Positions 14,038 through 26,449 of a DNA stretch of 64,000 nt are shown piece after piece. Below the pieces are notes generated by a model. That model did not search any database, was not told the DNA's origin, and was given only the letters and a program-made list of their open reading frames with translations. The number at the start of each line of letters is the position of its first letter. Position 1 is the first letter of the stretch. A program made the position numbers and the translations under genes. Origin of the DNA: Botryllus schlosseri (Eukaryota). Location: the NCBI GenBank assembly GCA_051294905.1, contig CM119372.1:16370001-16434000 (forward strand), in the 5' to 3' direction.

Positions 14038-14255
14038 ACAACGGCACCGTATCCTTACATAACAAGTCAATGCTTCAACGTCACTTGGTTTCTGACTTTG
14101 GTAATGTGGTCGTATCTCAATTAAGTCGCATTGCGCAGATCAGCACATCATTGTCCACTTGCAGGGGACATATTCGGATATACCACATGCTAGGCCTGTT
14201 GAACATTAAAGTATAGGGAGTACTGGAACCTTTTTATGGAGTCATTAGTCATCAC

Positions 14256-16230
14256 TAGGGCGATTTTATTGACAAGTCAAAATAAGTCAACATTTTTTCG
14301 AAATTGTAGCGTTAGGTTAAAAAATTGTCAAAATTGATCACAAAGTCAAAAAAAATTTGCCACCTGTATTTCGTTTGTATCGTAAATGTTTGCACTGTCG
14401 GTGAACTTATCACTTGACATTTCACAAGTTTTAGCCTACTTTATAGGCCTACAGTTGTAGACGGCCCATTATTTGCTTATAGTGAATCATAAACGGCCAA
14501 ATGAAGCAAGTAGGTTGACATGGTGTTATGCTGAATGTACTGCAATATCCTAGCCGAGGCTAAACTGCGTGGGCATTGGTTCTTATATCAAGAAGCGCAT
14601 GATGAAAAATTGCGATGTAGACCAGTGGTTCTCAACCTTTTTCACCTCGCGGACCGGTAAAATTTCATAAAATGTCCTGGCGGACCGGTGAACTTTCAAA
14701 ATTGAAATGAAGCTAAAATCTAGAGTTGAAACCGTTTTTTGCAATTATATGGTGCTAGCGAGTGACATTTAGCGGGTTATGATCGTAATTAATTATCTTC
14801 ATGATGGCATCCATGTGATTTTATGGTAGTCAGTCTGCTGAGTGGAGGTAAAATTGCCTCGTCCAGATAAACGTGGCACCGTCGAGAGTCGTTTATAGTC
14901 TCTCGCGCCGAATGCCATGGGTTTAACCGACCCCGCCAACTCGAAAAATATTCTTCTCTTTGATAATATCGAGAGAAGAATCGTTTCGGAGTCGAACCAA
15001 GCACCTTGTCGTGCTACCTTGATCATGACCCACTGCCACCGGGCGCATAAGCTACTCCGGCAACTACGGATACAATGCGTGCCGCAAGAAAACACCATAC
15101 AGCAACTATAGAGAGTTTATGTAGCTTAATCGCGCCAATAGCGAAAATTTCCGATTACTCATGACTGAATCGGTTTTCTCGCTGCCGAATTTTTAGCACA
15201 CCTTTCAGAGTCCCATGTTAGCCTAAACTTCATCATGTGTTGGTATGTCGTGGCGCGGTAATGGCTGACGCCGAAATGCCTATTTCCATAACTCATGCGT
15301 ATTTCCCGGAGAAGGACACCTAATAAGCAAGACATTTAGTGACAATAAATCGCCTAAAGCGCGAAAAGAAATTGAAAAATGTTGGAAAAAGTTTCAAAAT
15401 AATACTTGCAAAATAATTTTGGGTTCTTTTCAAGCTCGGCCTCTCTCCAATCGGGTGGTTTGAGGTGCCCAGTTACGGTCCTGCTGCGCTGTTTAGCGAG
15501 GAGTCAGCTCGTACCTGTTCTGTACTTGTCGCTCACATGTTGTCAAATGACACGCCTTGAACTTTAAGTCAAAACGAACATGTTACCAGCCCTAATGTAA
15601 CCTCGCGAAGTTTTGAGTCAGTTTAAAATTTGATGTTTTATTTATTTTATCAATGGACAAGCCTTCATCATTGCATCTTGAATTTAAGGTATAGAATTGA
15701 AATATACCTGGCGGACCGGTAGGAATGTCGTCGCGGACCGGCACCGGTCCGCGGACCGGCGGTTGAGAACCACTGATGTAGACAACATTGTCAGAATGAA
15801 GCAAGACGCTGTGTCACCAGCAGTGTACGCACAACCTTTATGTTGCCAGCCAACAACTGCTGCTGTTGAACGTTCTTTCTCCATTCTTGGCAAGCTACTT
15901 AGTAAGGACTTCCACCAGAGAATGTAGGAAAGTATCCTTCGCTGTACTAGAACAACTTGTTATTATTACTACCATAAGGCGTGATGTAACTACTGGAATT
16001 CTTCGTAGGTCCAGATTTCAATAAAATAAAGTTTTTTCATGTAAAATGTTTTCAGTTTTTAAGTCAGAAATTTTTTTCAGGTCAAACTACTTCGTGAGGA
16101 CAGTCAGCTCTATAACCAGAAATGAAGATAAGTAGTGCAATTCTAGCCTTTTGTAGGAAAACACCTAATTTACTTACATGAAGTCAAAAAATGTCAAAAT
16201 TTTGATTTTTAGGTAAAAAAAATCGCCCTA
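14256..16230 (+). mobile_element. Deleted hAT transposon in the selenoprotein 3' region
   Basis: TIR tagggcgatttt, perfect TSD gtcatcac (14248-14255, 16231-16238). hAT dimerisation-domain remnant QPTTAAVERSFSILGKLL at ~15845-15900. Confidence 0.92.
14623..15775. mobile_element. hAT (Buster/Charlie-type) MITE nested in 14256-16230
   Basis: TIR cagtggttctcaacc, TSD atgtagac. Confidence 0.92.
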
Positions 16231-16691
16231 GTCATCACCAGTGATCCGGGAAATGTATTCTGTTTCGTCACTATTGTCGCGTTTGATGCGAGACGCGTCT
16301 ACATTTAATCCATATTCTTCAGCAGGGGTGTGCTGTGCAACGTTATTTGCGTTTTAATATTTTCGCCTTGTGTTATCCTACTTTATAAAAGTTCAAACAT
16401 GCCAGACTGAGTTAAATTGGAAACCCATTTCCCATTAAAAATTGACATTTTCTTCGTGTATTTGTCCTTCATGTTTAGGCGGCATTGGCACCGACTCGTG
16501 TAGCCTAGCAACGCCTGATACACATACACACGATCTGTGCATACAGGTTTACCTTACACACAAATTCTTGGTTACTTAACGTTATCTTGTACATAATTAA
16601 TCAAGTCTTTGACTGCATAAGCATTCGCCATTGGATTGAGATTGTCGACAGGTTGCAAGTATATGTCTGTTGCGATCGCTATTTTAAGTTT

Positions 16692-16764
16692 AATTGGGTA
16701 TTTCATGACGGCATCGTTGCAAATCGCTACTCCAGCGCTACCTGAGACTATAACATACTCAGTT
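16692..16764 (+). promoter_or_regulatory. Candidate eukaryotic SECIS element
   Basis: Helix I aattgggtat/atactcagtt (10 bp including GU pairs); ATGA core 16705-16708; helix II ggcatcgttg/cagcgctacc (8 of 10 paired); apical AAA 16721-16723 following a 12-nt gap after ATGA; 3' TGAG 16743-16746; AATAAA at 16889. Confidence 0.75.
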
Positions 16765-17739
16765 TAAAGCCTATCTTGCGCATTAAATAGCAATTGCTGA
16801 AACTCGTGCATATACTTTATTATCAGCGTGTTGCTGTGAAAGAAAGACATGGAATGGAGTCGAGTTCGTTATTGTATATCAGCGATAAAATAAAAAAAAA
16901 AGATCCAAAAGACGGACTCGACATACATCATGTATGAGTGCCTTTTGCTAAGTTGAAATTTGTGAGCTGCGCTGCAATTTGAGACACTTCTGTTTATTGG
17001 CCAGGGCTCAAAAAACAATACAAAAGCGTCGTAAGTACGTGACATATAAAACAAAGCTTGTTTTACCACACCTGTTTCAAACATTTTATAGTCATTGTGT
17101 TAAACACATGCCTTTTTTGATAAAAATATGTTTGTACATTTTTGTGAATTAACACTACGTAAAAGTTTGGGGGATTTATTCAGATTGGAAGTTTTTTCTT
17201 CGTACTTCGCACGTTTTATGTGTCATTAGATTCTAAGTCCTAATATCGTTGCCCCTCCCGGCATTTCGTCGCCAGTACCTAGGACGTTCGGCTTCTACCA
17301 CTACTTTCACACCTATACTTAACATTCTGGAACAAGTTATTTATGTTTTACCCTTCTGATTTAAAAAAGTAGAAGGCATAAGTTTGCATGACTTTTAAGA
17401 GGAAAATTTTTCTAACCACCTAGTGAAATAGCCCCTGTACCACATAAATAAATATATTTACGAAGATTGCCCCTACTTGTAATATCATGTGTCAATATTC
17501 ATTTGCATTGGTCGCCACCCCGCTATCAAATCTACCAAAAACCGCAAACATAGAGGTCATATATAGGTTACGCGTCGTTTAGAACGCAAGTTTCACGTCT
17601 GAAGCCTGTCTGTGTCCATTAAGCGGGCGGATCTCAGGTCCGGACCATGCCTGGGGGTATTTGGTGAGCAGGTATCAGCTCCGGAGCATATCCGAATATA
17701 AATAGTGCACAGATATCAGGTCTGAAGGAATGTTTGGCG

Positions 17740-18585
17740 CATCACAAATATACACCAGACACGATATCCGAGTAGCAACACAGTCCGGACGCACCCCAGA
17801 CACGATGTCCGAATGGCAACACAGTCCGGACATAACACACCACAGACACGATATCCTGGTTGCAAAACAGTCCGAACACACCCAAGGCATGATGTCCGAG
17901 TGGCAAAACAGTCCGAACACCCAAGAAATGATTATAAACACGTTCTAGACACGATGCCGAGTGGCAACACAGTCCGAACACACCCCAGAAATGATGTCCG
18001 AACACACCCAAGACACGATGTCCGAGTGGCAAGACAGTCTGAACACACCCCAGGCATGATGTCCGAACACACCCAAGACACGATGTCCGAGTGGCAAGAC
18101 AGTCCGAACTCACCCCAGACACGATCTCCGAATGACAACACAGTCCGAACAAACCACAGGCTAGATTTCCGAACATACCCCAGACACGTTGTCCGAGGGG
18201 CAAAACAGTCGCCGAACTCACTCCAGACACGATCTCCGAATGGCAACACAGTCCGAACACACCCCAGGCATGATGTCCGAACACACCCCAGATACAATGT
18301 CCGAGGGGCAAAGCAGTCGCCGAGCTCACCCTAGACAAGATGTCCGAGTGGCAACACAGTCCTAACACATCCCACAAATGATGTCCGAACATGCTCTAGA
18401 CACGATGTCCGAGTGGCTAGACAGTCCGAGCACACCCCAGGCATGATGTGCGAATACACCCCAGACACGATGACCTAGGAGCAAATTATCCGAACTCACC
18501 CTAGACACCATTTCCGAATGGCAACACAGTCCGAACACACCCAAGACATGATGTCCGCAAACACACCAGACTCGATGTCCGAGCA
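17740..18585. repeat. Degenerate minisatellite, ~20/41-bp units (cacgatgtccgagtggcaacacagtccgaacacaccccaga)
   Basis: The gtccga/tccga core recurs about every 18-23 bp for ~850 bp. Confidence 0.92.
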
Positions 18586-18990
18586 CGCCCTACTACTATT
18601 GCATTTCCATGTACAAATAGAGTGCTGTGCTCTTGAAACTACAATTTGATCACTTTACAGTCTCAAAACCAAAATCAAACAGCTATGAACGAATTCTCCT
18701 TGTAGCAAACTTTCATTTAAGATCCTATTTGCTTAAATATTTTAATATGTTTGTTAGCAATCCGCCGTCTAAATCGTATAACACCTGACTAATTTTAGAC
18801 CATTGACCAAATTTCCCCTTTCCCAAAATTTCCCCTTTGACCCTAATCTACATGGCATAAATTTCACTTCGAAATATAGACGATCAGCCAGACTATAGAT
18901 AGCTAAGCGTAGGTTAGTTATCTATAATCAGCCAAGCTTCAAATAAATCCAAGTGCCGTATCTCAACTGTCGTCCAACATCTAGCTACAC

Positions 18991-20048
18991 CAGAGGTGGG
19001 CAAACTACGGCCGTCGGGCCGCATGCGACCCTCCACACCGTTCTGTGCGGCCCGCGAGAGTCTAAAGAAGCTTAATAAAAATATTGATAGAATGCGTACT
19101 AACAATCGAATTAATGCAGGGACTTGATTAAACTTTTTCTTAGTATATTTAACCATGATAATTCTAAGGAAGTGGTTTTCAAACTGGGGGCGAAGTTAAG
19201 TTCGAATGAAAAAAATGTTCGCGCTTCGCGTGAATTATATCGCATTCATACTTATTGCTCTGTATTTCGTCAGAATATTATATTTTAAAATCCACCATCC
19301 ACAGTCGTAACCTTCCATGCCTTCAAACTCTAGCTGCTAGAATCCTGGTTGCGTTATTTGTGATATGACGATAAGGGGCGCGCGAATTCTTTCACCATCA
19401 TAAGGGGGGTGGCGTGTCTGAAAAAGTTTGAGAACCACTGTTCTAAGGTAAATACTTCCTATGTCATTTTTTTTTAAATTTAATTCGGATCACGAGTGTG
19501 ATTTCAGATTGACCATTTCAGTTTTAATTATTTCAGTGATGTACTTATGAAAAACGAGTCGCGCGTGTCTTAGGTAGATTCGTTCAATGTATGCGTAGAA
19601 TTAGTTTAGGGTATTTATATTTTATCTACACGCAGTAGAAGCGTGTTTGAAGCTAACATTGTTATGCTGCTGTCAGCATTATGTGTTCTGGAACTGAACC
19701 AAAAGTGGAATTAGTGAATCTATGAACAGATCGCTGCTCACAGATTTAAATTTCAATCCTGTTCTAAGAATCGGGACAACCGACTTTCATCTCTATCGTT
19801 TTGACAAATTGGTTATTGAGGTCGACCAGGCTATGAAATCTCGCCACTGTTTCTGACGCGTGTTCGATATCATCAAAGCCATTATTGGAATGCTTTAAAT
19901 AAGCATATATATTATCTTCATGTCCTCACTATATAATCAAATACCAATATTGCGTTTTGGTTTATAATCCCAATTTTGTATAGTGCGGCCCGCGAATGGC
20001 TTCAGATATCGAATGCGGCCCGCCAGCTCAAAAGTTTGCCCACCCCTG
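18991..20048. mobile_element. hAT-type MITE with nested MITE (19170-19440)
   Basis: TIR cagaggtgggcaaact/agtttgcccacccctg, TSD agctacac; inner TSD ttctaagg. Confidence 0.9.
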
Positions 20049-20547
20049 AGCTACACATTCCTGAATATTTCATTTATAAAACCTAAAATGTGCAGACCCG
20101 CAATGAGCAGAAAATTGTCAATTTTCAAAATGACGTAACTTTTGACCCATTAGTCCGATTTTCATAAATAAAGTTCGTCCTGTTTGGAATTAGCTGATCT
20201 GTGCGTGTATCAAATTTCAGGAGATTTGAAGGGTAGTGGTGTAAACATCGGTTGTCTATGTATGGAATGGCCCCGAAGTATATTTTAGACTTATCATTTT
20301 TGATTTCCACTTGAAGCATAGTTTGCCCATGTCCTGAAAATCGGTAATTTATATTTGCTTTGAGTAGAAATTTGCGGCATTACTGCTACTTCTACTAGAG
20401 TGCCAACGTTGACTAAACTATGACCATCTCGGAGTATATCTGTATTTTATTGTAATAGAATGAATTAACAGACACAAACCACGAAAGCGTAATAACATAA
20501 AGTTACGTTCCTTCCTAATGAACGATGTAGCTACGGGGCATCAAAAC

Positions 20548-23170
20548 CAGGGCTCTGGAACAGCCGTAAATTTTAACTGCTCCAGCTCCGGCTCCGGAGC
20601 TTTCTTCTATCATACATTAGCTCCGGCTCCAGCTCCGGATCCGCATTGGTACCACTGATCCAGCTCCAGCTCCGGCTCCGGCTCTGAAAACTATCGAATG
20701 GGTCTGTCTATATCAGGGGTGACCAACCCGTGGTCCGCAGGCCAAATGTGGCCGCGAGAGGGTTTTGAGGGGCCCGCAAGGTAATTTCCTGTTATATTTT
20801 TACCGACATCCTGTTCTATTATCGAAAATGAATTGCTCAGTTTGTGAACTTGCAAGGAAAACCAAAAATTACAAGTCTGGCTGCGACACTTGGGATGTTG
20901 ATGACTAAAATATCAGTTCCGACGCATTGGCAGATCCAGGGTCCAGTCACATGTTTAGTAAATCATCGTACATCACAATAAACTAAAATAGTAGTGAAAT
21001 TTTTCTTCACGCTTCGCGTGTTTAATTATCACACGATTTCTTGCTTGGTAGCCTACCCCCTCCTGAAAATGAAAAAGACGCATAATTTACCCGATTGAGT
21101 TTAACTGATGTATTCACAATTACGGGAGAATGTCTTTTCGCGTTAGCGCTCGCAGAAAGATCGTCGACGATAAATGTAGGCACAAAATGATTGTCGCATA
21201 TTAGCGGAAACCTTCGATATCGATATGTCCAGATGCCGAATAGTCTTGTCCTTGCAAACTGAGCCCAGCTGGCGGTATACAGTAGACCTACAATATACTC
21301 AAGTTCATTTATAAACTTTGAAAATTTTACGTGCTTGGTACTGCTAGTGGACCGCGCACTCGTTGGTCAATTGCATGTGCCCCTTTAGCCGAAAAGGTTG
21401 GTCATCCCTGGTCTATATAGGTTACTAATCTAGGTTAGTTATCAATAGTAGACCTGATCTAGAGTCTGTCAGCCGCAGAGGTGGTCAGTAACGAAGTACT
21501 TCTACTTTTTCGAAGTACTAAAGTAGTTTTCCTCTACTTCTGGTACTTACTCAAGTAGATCTGATGTTCGCTACTTCTACTTCGTAATATTTTGTGATCT
21601 ACTTACTCACTTTTCTCTATTTTCAGTTTGTCAAGTAGAAGTAGTTTAATCCTCCAATCAGGAAGATAGCCTGAGGAATTTCGGGGCTGATTTCAAGGAG
21701 TATCCAACATTTAATTTTCATAAAAGTTGAGTAAAGCCCAGAATTTTCGTCGCTCTTCGCGCTCAGTGGATACGGAGTAACCAGTATGATTTCACGAAAG
21801 TATCGGTGAATATAATTTAGGTAGCGGGTTGGCGTGGTTCCGTTCACACCGCATTGTCGCCCTTCGCCCATATGAAATATTTCATCACAGTATGTATGGC
21901 TCATCATAACGTTTAAAGCTGATGTTTCGCAATCTAGCGTTTACTTATCATACCGTAATCTAGCAGTCCATGGCGTGTCCTAATCTGGAAAAGTGGACTG
22001 TGACTTTTTTTAGTTTTAGAGCTGTTTTAGCATACCACCTTTGAAACTTTCTGGACTAAAGACATGAAATACATTTTCCGCATTTAGAAGTAGTATTTAT
22101 ATTTCACTTTCAATTCCCAGTATCATATACTTTGAGTTCTAATTAATATCAGTTCTTTTGTCTGGATAACATACACGTAGAAGTATAAAAGCAGGTGTGG
22201 AAATGCTTTCAATTTCCGGAAAAAAAGCTACACGGTATAGCATTTTTACGATCCACCATATTTTTTATTCACGTTTACTAATCGCGCAAAGTGTTTACAC
22301 CGTATCCTATACAACTTCTCCGTATTGCTCTTCAACTAAACTACGCGCCTTATAATATGAGGGAGTGTGCCATACCATGATATTTTCTAAAACGTGCTGT
22401 TCGAATGAACAGAGGATTAGTATCGCATTTCCATATCAATACCATCATTTTCATCCCATGATGCGGACGAATAGTTATGCTGTCGAAAATTGAATACCTC
22501 CTGGTATATGCATCAATATGAATCAAGATCGGCACCTTTCGCATAGCTCAAATTGCACTTTTTAATATTCCATGCGAACGAATTACGATCGTTTTCACAA
22601 CTACTTACTTACTTGAGTAGATTTAAAGTCAGTCAATTCTACTTCTACTTGAAGTAGTTTTAGGTAGCTTATGGAAGAAGTATTTCTACTCGTACTTGAG
22701 TAGATTTTCTCGTCGCTACTTCTACTTCTACTTGAGTAGTTTTCTTGACTACTTTGACCACCTCTGGTCAGCCGTCAGTAACATCGGATTCGGATGCAGC
22801 AACGAAGACATAGGTGCCGCCGTGCCGGCTTGTAACGTCATAATGAGTACTTTTCAATTGTCGACAACATCATAGTTGCACTAGAACGCACTTTACTCCA
22901 TGCCATTGCTGTATACAGCATTAAAATCCAGGCCTGCTGTTAAATCATGTGAAATCAGCAGATATGATTGTTTCATATATAATAGCATCTTATGAAATAC
23001 GTCGTAACCGGAGCTACTCCTCAAATAACGGGCTCCAGCTCCGGCTCTGGCTCCGGCTCCGGCTCCGGCTGAATTTTATGTAGAGCTCCGGATCCGGCTC
23101 CAGCTCTGGTGAAAATTCACGGCTCCGGGGCTCCGGCTCCTTGCTCCGGCTCCGGCGTCAAAAAGCCCTG
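20548..23170 (+). mobile_element. (CTCCGG)n-rich hAT-type MITE carrying two nested MITEs
   Basis: Ends cagggct/agccctg, TSD atcaaaac; nested 20714-21410 (TSD gtctatat) and 21476-22766. Confidence 0.9.
21476..22766 (+). mobile_element. AAGTAG-rich MITE, copy 2
   Basis: Highly similar to 1023-2309; TSD gtcagccg. Confidence 0.92.
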
Positions 23171-23561
23171 ATCAAAACAATCAAGCAACTTTCAGACGTC
23201 ATGGAGACTATGGGGGTACAGTTATGCATGATAAGAGTTGGGAACGGAAATTGTTTTCTTTGCCTCCCAACTTTGGGTTTCGAACTACATATCACCCCAT
23301 ACGCCACCCCAATTCAATTCTGATGTGAGTCTGCACATAGACGAAAAGACAACTACGGTATAGATCAGACGTGATATTGTTCGGTTCTAGATTGTATTGA
23401 AATGCAAAGCAAACAGAAACATAGGAAATTATTAGGCAATAGTTGAAATATCCTTTCCACAAATCGTAAATCAATTACTATTGATTACGTTTTGTTTTCA
23501 AGATGGAGAGCCATAATCTCAAGAATTTTAATTTTGCGCTGATCGTGGTCTGTTTGTCACT

Positions 23562-26449
23562 CTATATCACGACTCCTTCTTCTCCTTCTATAGTAGTGAC
23601 AGCGACTGTGATTTGTCCGGCGGAGAACCAGTTCTCTCTGGGATTGTCTTCGTCGGTGACCAAATAGTCAAGGCTGAAATGGACCTGCAAAAAGTAACAG
23701 TAGTCAAATATGAGAGATGTGGGATTGCATATTAACCGCGTGGATGTGTAAATATTTTTCATGTGGGTCAACTACAGAATAATAAGCCTAGGCCAGGATT
23801 GTACACTGCAGTTGACATATTGACACTTGATTACTGTACTGGTCTCCGCATACGCATAGCCAGGATAAGTATTTTGAGGTTAGAATGAAGAAAAATCTAT
23901 GAAATTTATCACATGACCTCGCGGATTTATTGTGACATAAGTGCAAAATTGTGGGAAGGAAGATAATCGCCTCCCGCACTTCCTGGTTACGCCGGTTACT
24001 AATATATCGCATTTTTCCGATGTCTTTCATTGCTACTACCAATTGGAATAATACTTTCTAAACCAAACCCTGAAATCGAATAGGATCGTGACTTTCATAA
24101 GTCACTGTCCATACACATGTATTGTACTGGTCATAGACAACAGAGAAATTTTTCAATTAATTTCGAAGGCTGACTTTGAGGATGCAACTTTAGTAGATAT
24201 TTCCAATCTCCACTTTTCCATTGAACGCCATAATCTAACGGTGGAACTGTAAAGTCCAACATACTTTAGTTGAGGAGCAGTCACACGCGGACCATTTTCA
24301 GTTTTAATTTCAGAACTTTCTGCGGGCTGAGAAAAATTGACTCGTAAGCCGCAATTGTCCGTCGAGTAGTAGTTTTGACACCCCTGAGTTATAGTAGATC
24401 ACTTACTTCCTTCTGGTCATCTATACCGTGTTCGTTGACGAATCCAGTTACAACATAGGAACGACCGTCATCGGAGATAGTGATTTCCCATCTGCCGTCA
24501 GCACCGGTGATCTAGAGGGATAATTCAGAAACTGCAGTAAGCCGGAAACAGCGGAGCCAGACCCAACGAACTTACGTTAGATCGAGCAACGGGGGATGGA
24601 AGGATGATGACCAAAGCGTCACCTTGGTGGTATCCAGGTCGGTAGAAAACGTTGCTGCTGGTTTCTTTGACTTCATCGTTTTGTGGGAAAGAGTAGACAG
24701 ACACTGTAGGAAGGTGATAATATTATTATTGGTGCTATGTATTCGTTTCGGAACATCGCATGATGCGTGATGACGCATGATCGTTCATGATTATGGGATA
24801 GAATAGGCCTAACCGTAATCTTTCAGTTATATTCCAAAGCGACCATGTTAGTAGGTTGGTTGGATAGGGGGAAATTGGTGCAACGACTACGAAGTCATTT
24901 CGACCATGACTCAAGGGACCATTATGAAGTCCAGATTGTCAAGCGACCATGTTAATATTTGTTGAGATATGCTATCCAAATTGGTTCACGGCAAAACAGA
25001 ATTCGACTGTATTCAGTTCAAGGGTCTTGAGAAGCAGCTAAATCTGCTGAATGTGAGCAATATCGAAAATCATTGGGCATGCATGGGTACCTACGCTAAA
25101 CGTATTCCTATTCGCGAACCATGCATAGTTGAATGTTCGCGATCTCAGATGCCATTACCGCTATTTGCCGTTGTATTACTTACACTCAGCAACGTCAAGG
25201 GGATCACAGCTGAACTCAACATCGGTGGCGTTGAAGAGAGTTCCTCGGCCGCAGTACACAAGAACTCTCAAAGTTCCGTTCTCCATTTCCCATCCCGCTG
25301 GGGCGGCGACTGTGTATCGCCCTTCCACTGGGTTGGTGCCGTCACCGGTAACAATGTGTCCGTTCAATACCTAAGGTAAGTAAAATTGAATAAGACTCGC
25401 GAAGGTACCGTACTAACACCGTGTGTTGTATGTAATTCCCGTATTTCACAGCTTTGATTAACTCAGTTCGCTGACGCATTTAGAATTTCTGATGACATTA
25501 ATCGACTTTGAACTTTAGCTTAGACGATTCAATTCAATCGCTCTTATGGGTTTACGCTACGTCTCTAGTAAAAGTGGCAGAAGGCAGAACCGGTTTTTCA
25601 TCGAATTAGGACTGATCGCAAAGAAGGTAGACCGCTATTCCTCTATTCCTCAAATACTTTGCGGGATTCAAAGACTTTTTCATCATATTTCTCACATGTT
25701 GGGAATGAATCATGGATCTTTTCTCACAAAATCAACAGAAACCATTCTACTCACATGGAAAAGAACAGCGGGTTCTGGGAGATTAAAATAGCAGCTTCCT
25801 TCTCCGACATTGCTGTACACGAATCCAGCCAAGAATCCACCATTGGTGTCGTCGTTTTCGGGCCATTTTTCCTCTCCAACAACTGAAAAGAAGGGACTCA
25901 ATCTTCGTATATATCAGTGGTTCCCAACGTGGGCGATTTGGCGGTCTATAGGGGGGCGAAAATGACGAAGGGGGAGATAGGGGGCGAAAATGGACAAAGG
26001 GGGCAACGGGGGGCGAAAATAGTGAAGGGGGCGATAGGGGGGCGATGACGCGTCAAAACAGCTGACCATTTTTTTTTTTAGTCAACCCGCTGGTGATTAC
26101 AGTTTGTATGCCCAATTTTCGGTACACAAAATTTGGGGGGCGATGATCGGTGTTGAGCTTGAAAAGGGGGCGATGGGTCGAAAAAGGTTGGGAACCACTG
26201 GTATATATCTTCGTATATATGTATATCATTATTTGGTGGAGGTTGCAAATAGCCTGATTTCGATGTCTATTATTCCACTGGCTAGCCTGGAAATGTGTAT
26301 TTAACGCACATACTATATATATTGGTATACGTACAAGAAGAAGAATTCACGAAATAGGAACCTATCCGATTCTTACCAGGAGAATCCAGAACTGCATCTT
26401 CCTGGGCGTATGCAAAAGCAAACAGGGCTAAGAGAATAATGTACTCCAT
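23562..26449 (-). CDS. Six-exon gene for a 247-aa secreted acidic protein with two related beta-rich domains; function unknown
   Basis: Exons 26449-26377, 25882-25755, 25370-25184, 24703-24576, 24511-24407, 23684-23562. All introns are GT(A/G)AG...polypyrimidine-AG, and phases 1,0,1,0,0 join into one open frame ending TAG. Signal peptide MEYIILLALFAFAYA-QE. Confidence 0.92.
25915..26200. mobile_element. GGGGCGA-rich MITE in the first coding intron
   Basis: TIR cagtggttcccaac, TSD gtatatat. Confidence 0.92.

Noticed and set aside
16240..16290. GTGA...AAA as an alternative SECIS
   Set aside because: Only 6 nt between core and AAA, and no supporting helices.
17675..18586. Cys/His/Gly-rich ORFs of up to 216 aa, and possible CRISPR-like periodicity
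   Set aside because: The ORFs overlap in several frames on both strands as a by-product of the minisatellite. There are no unique spacers or cas genes, and the context is eukaryotic.
24969..25379. 136-aa plus-strand ORF
   Set aside because: Antisense shadow of exon 3 of the minus-strand secreted-protein gene.
25680..25754. Cluster of in-frame TGA codons after ORF 25710..25901, suggesting a multi-Sec protein
   Set aside because: They lie in the intron after the gtgagt donor at 25754; the spliced frame is open without them.
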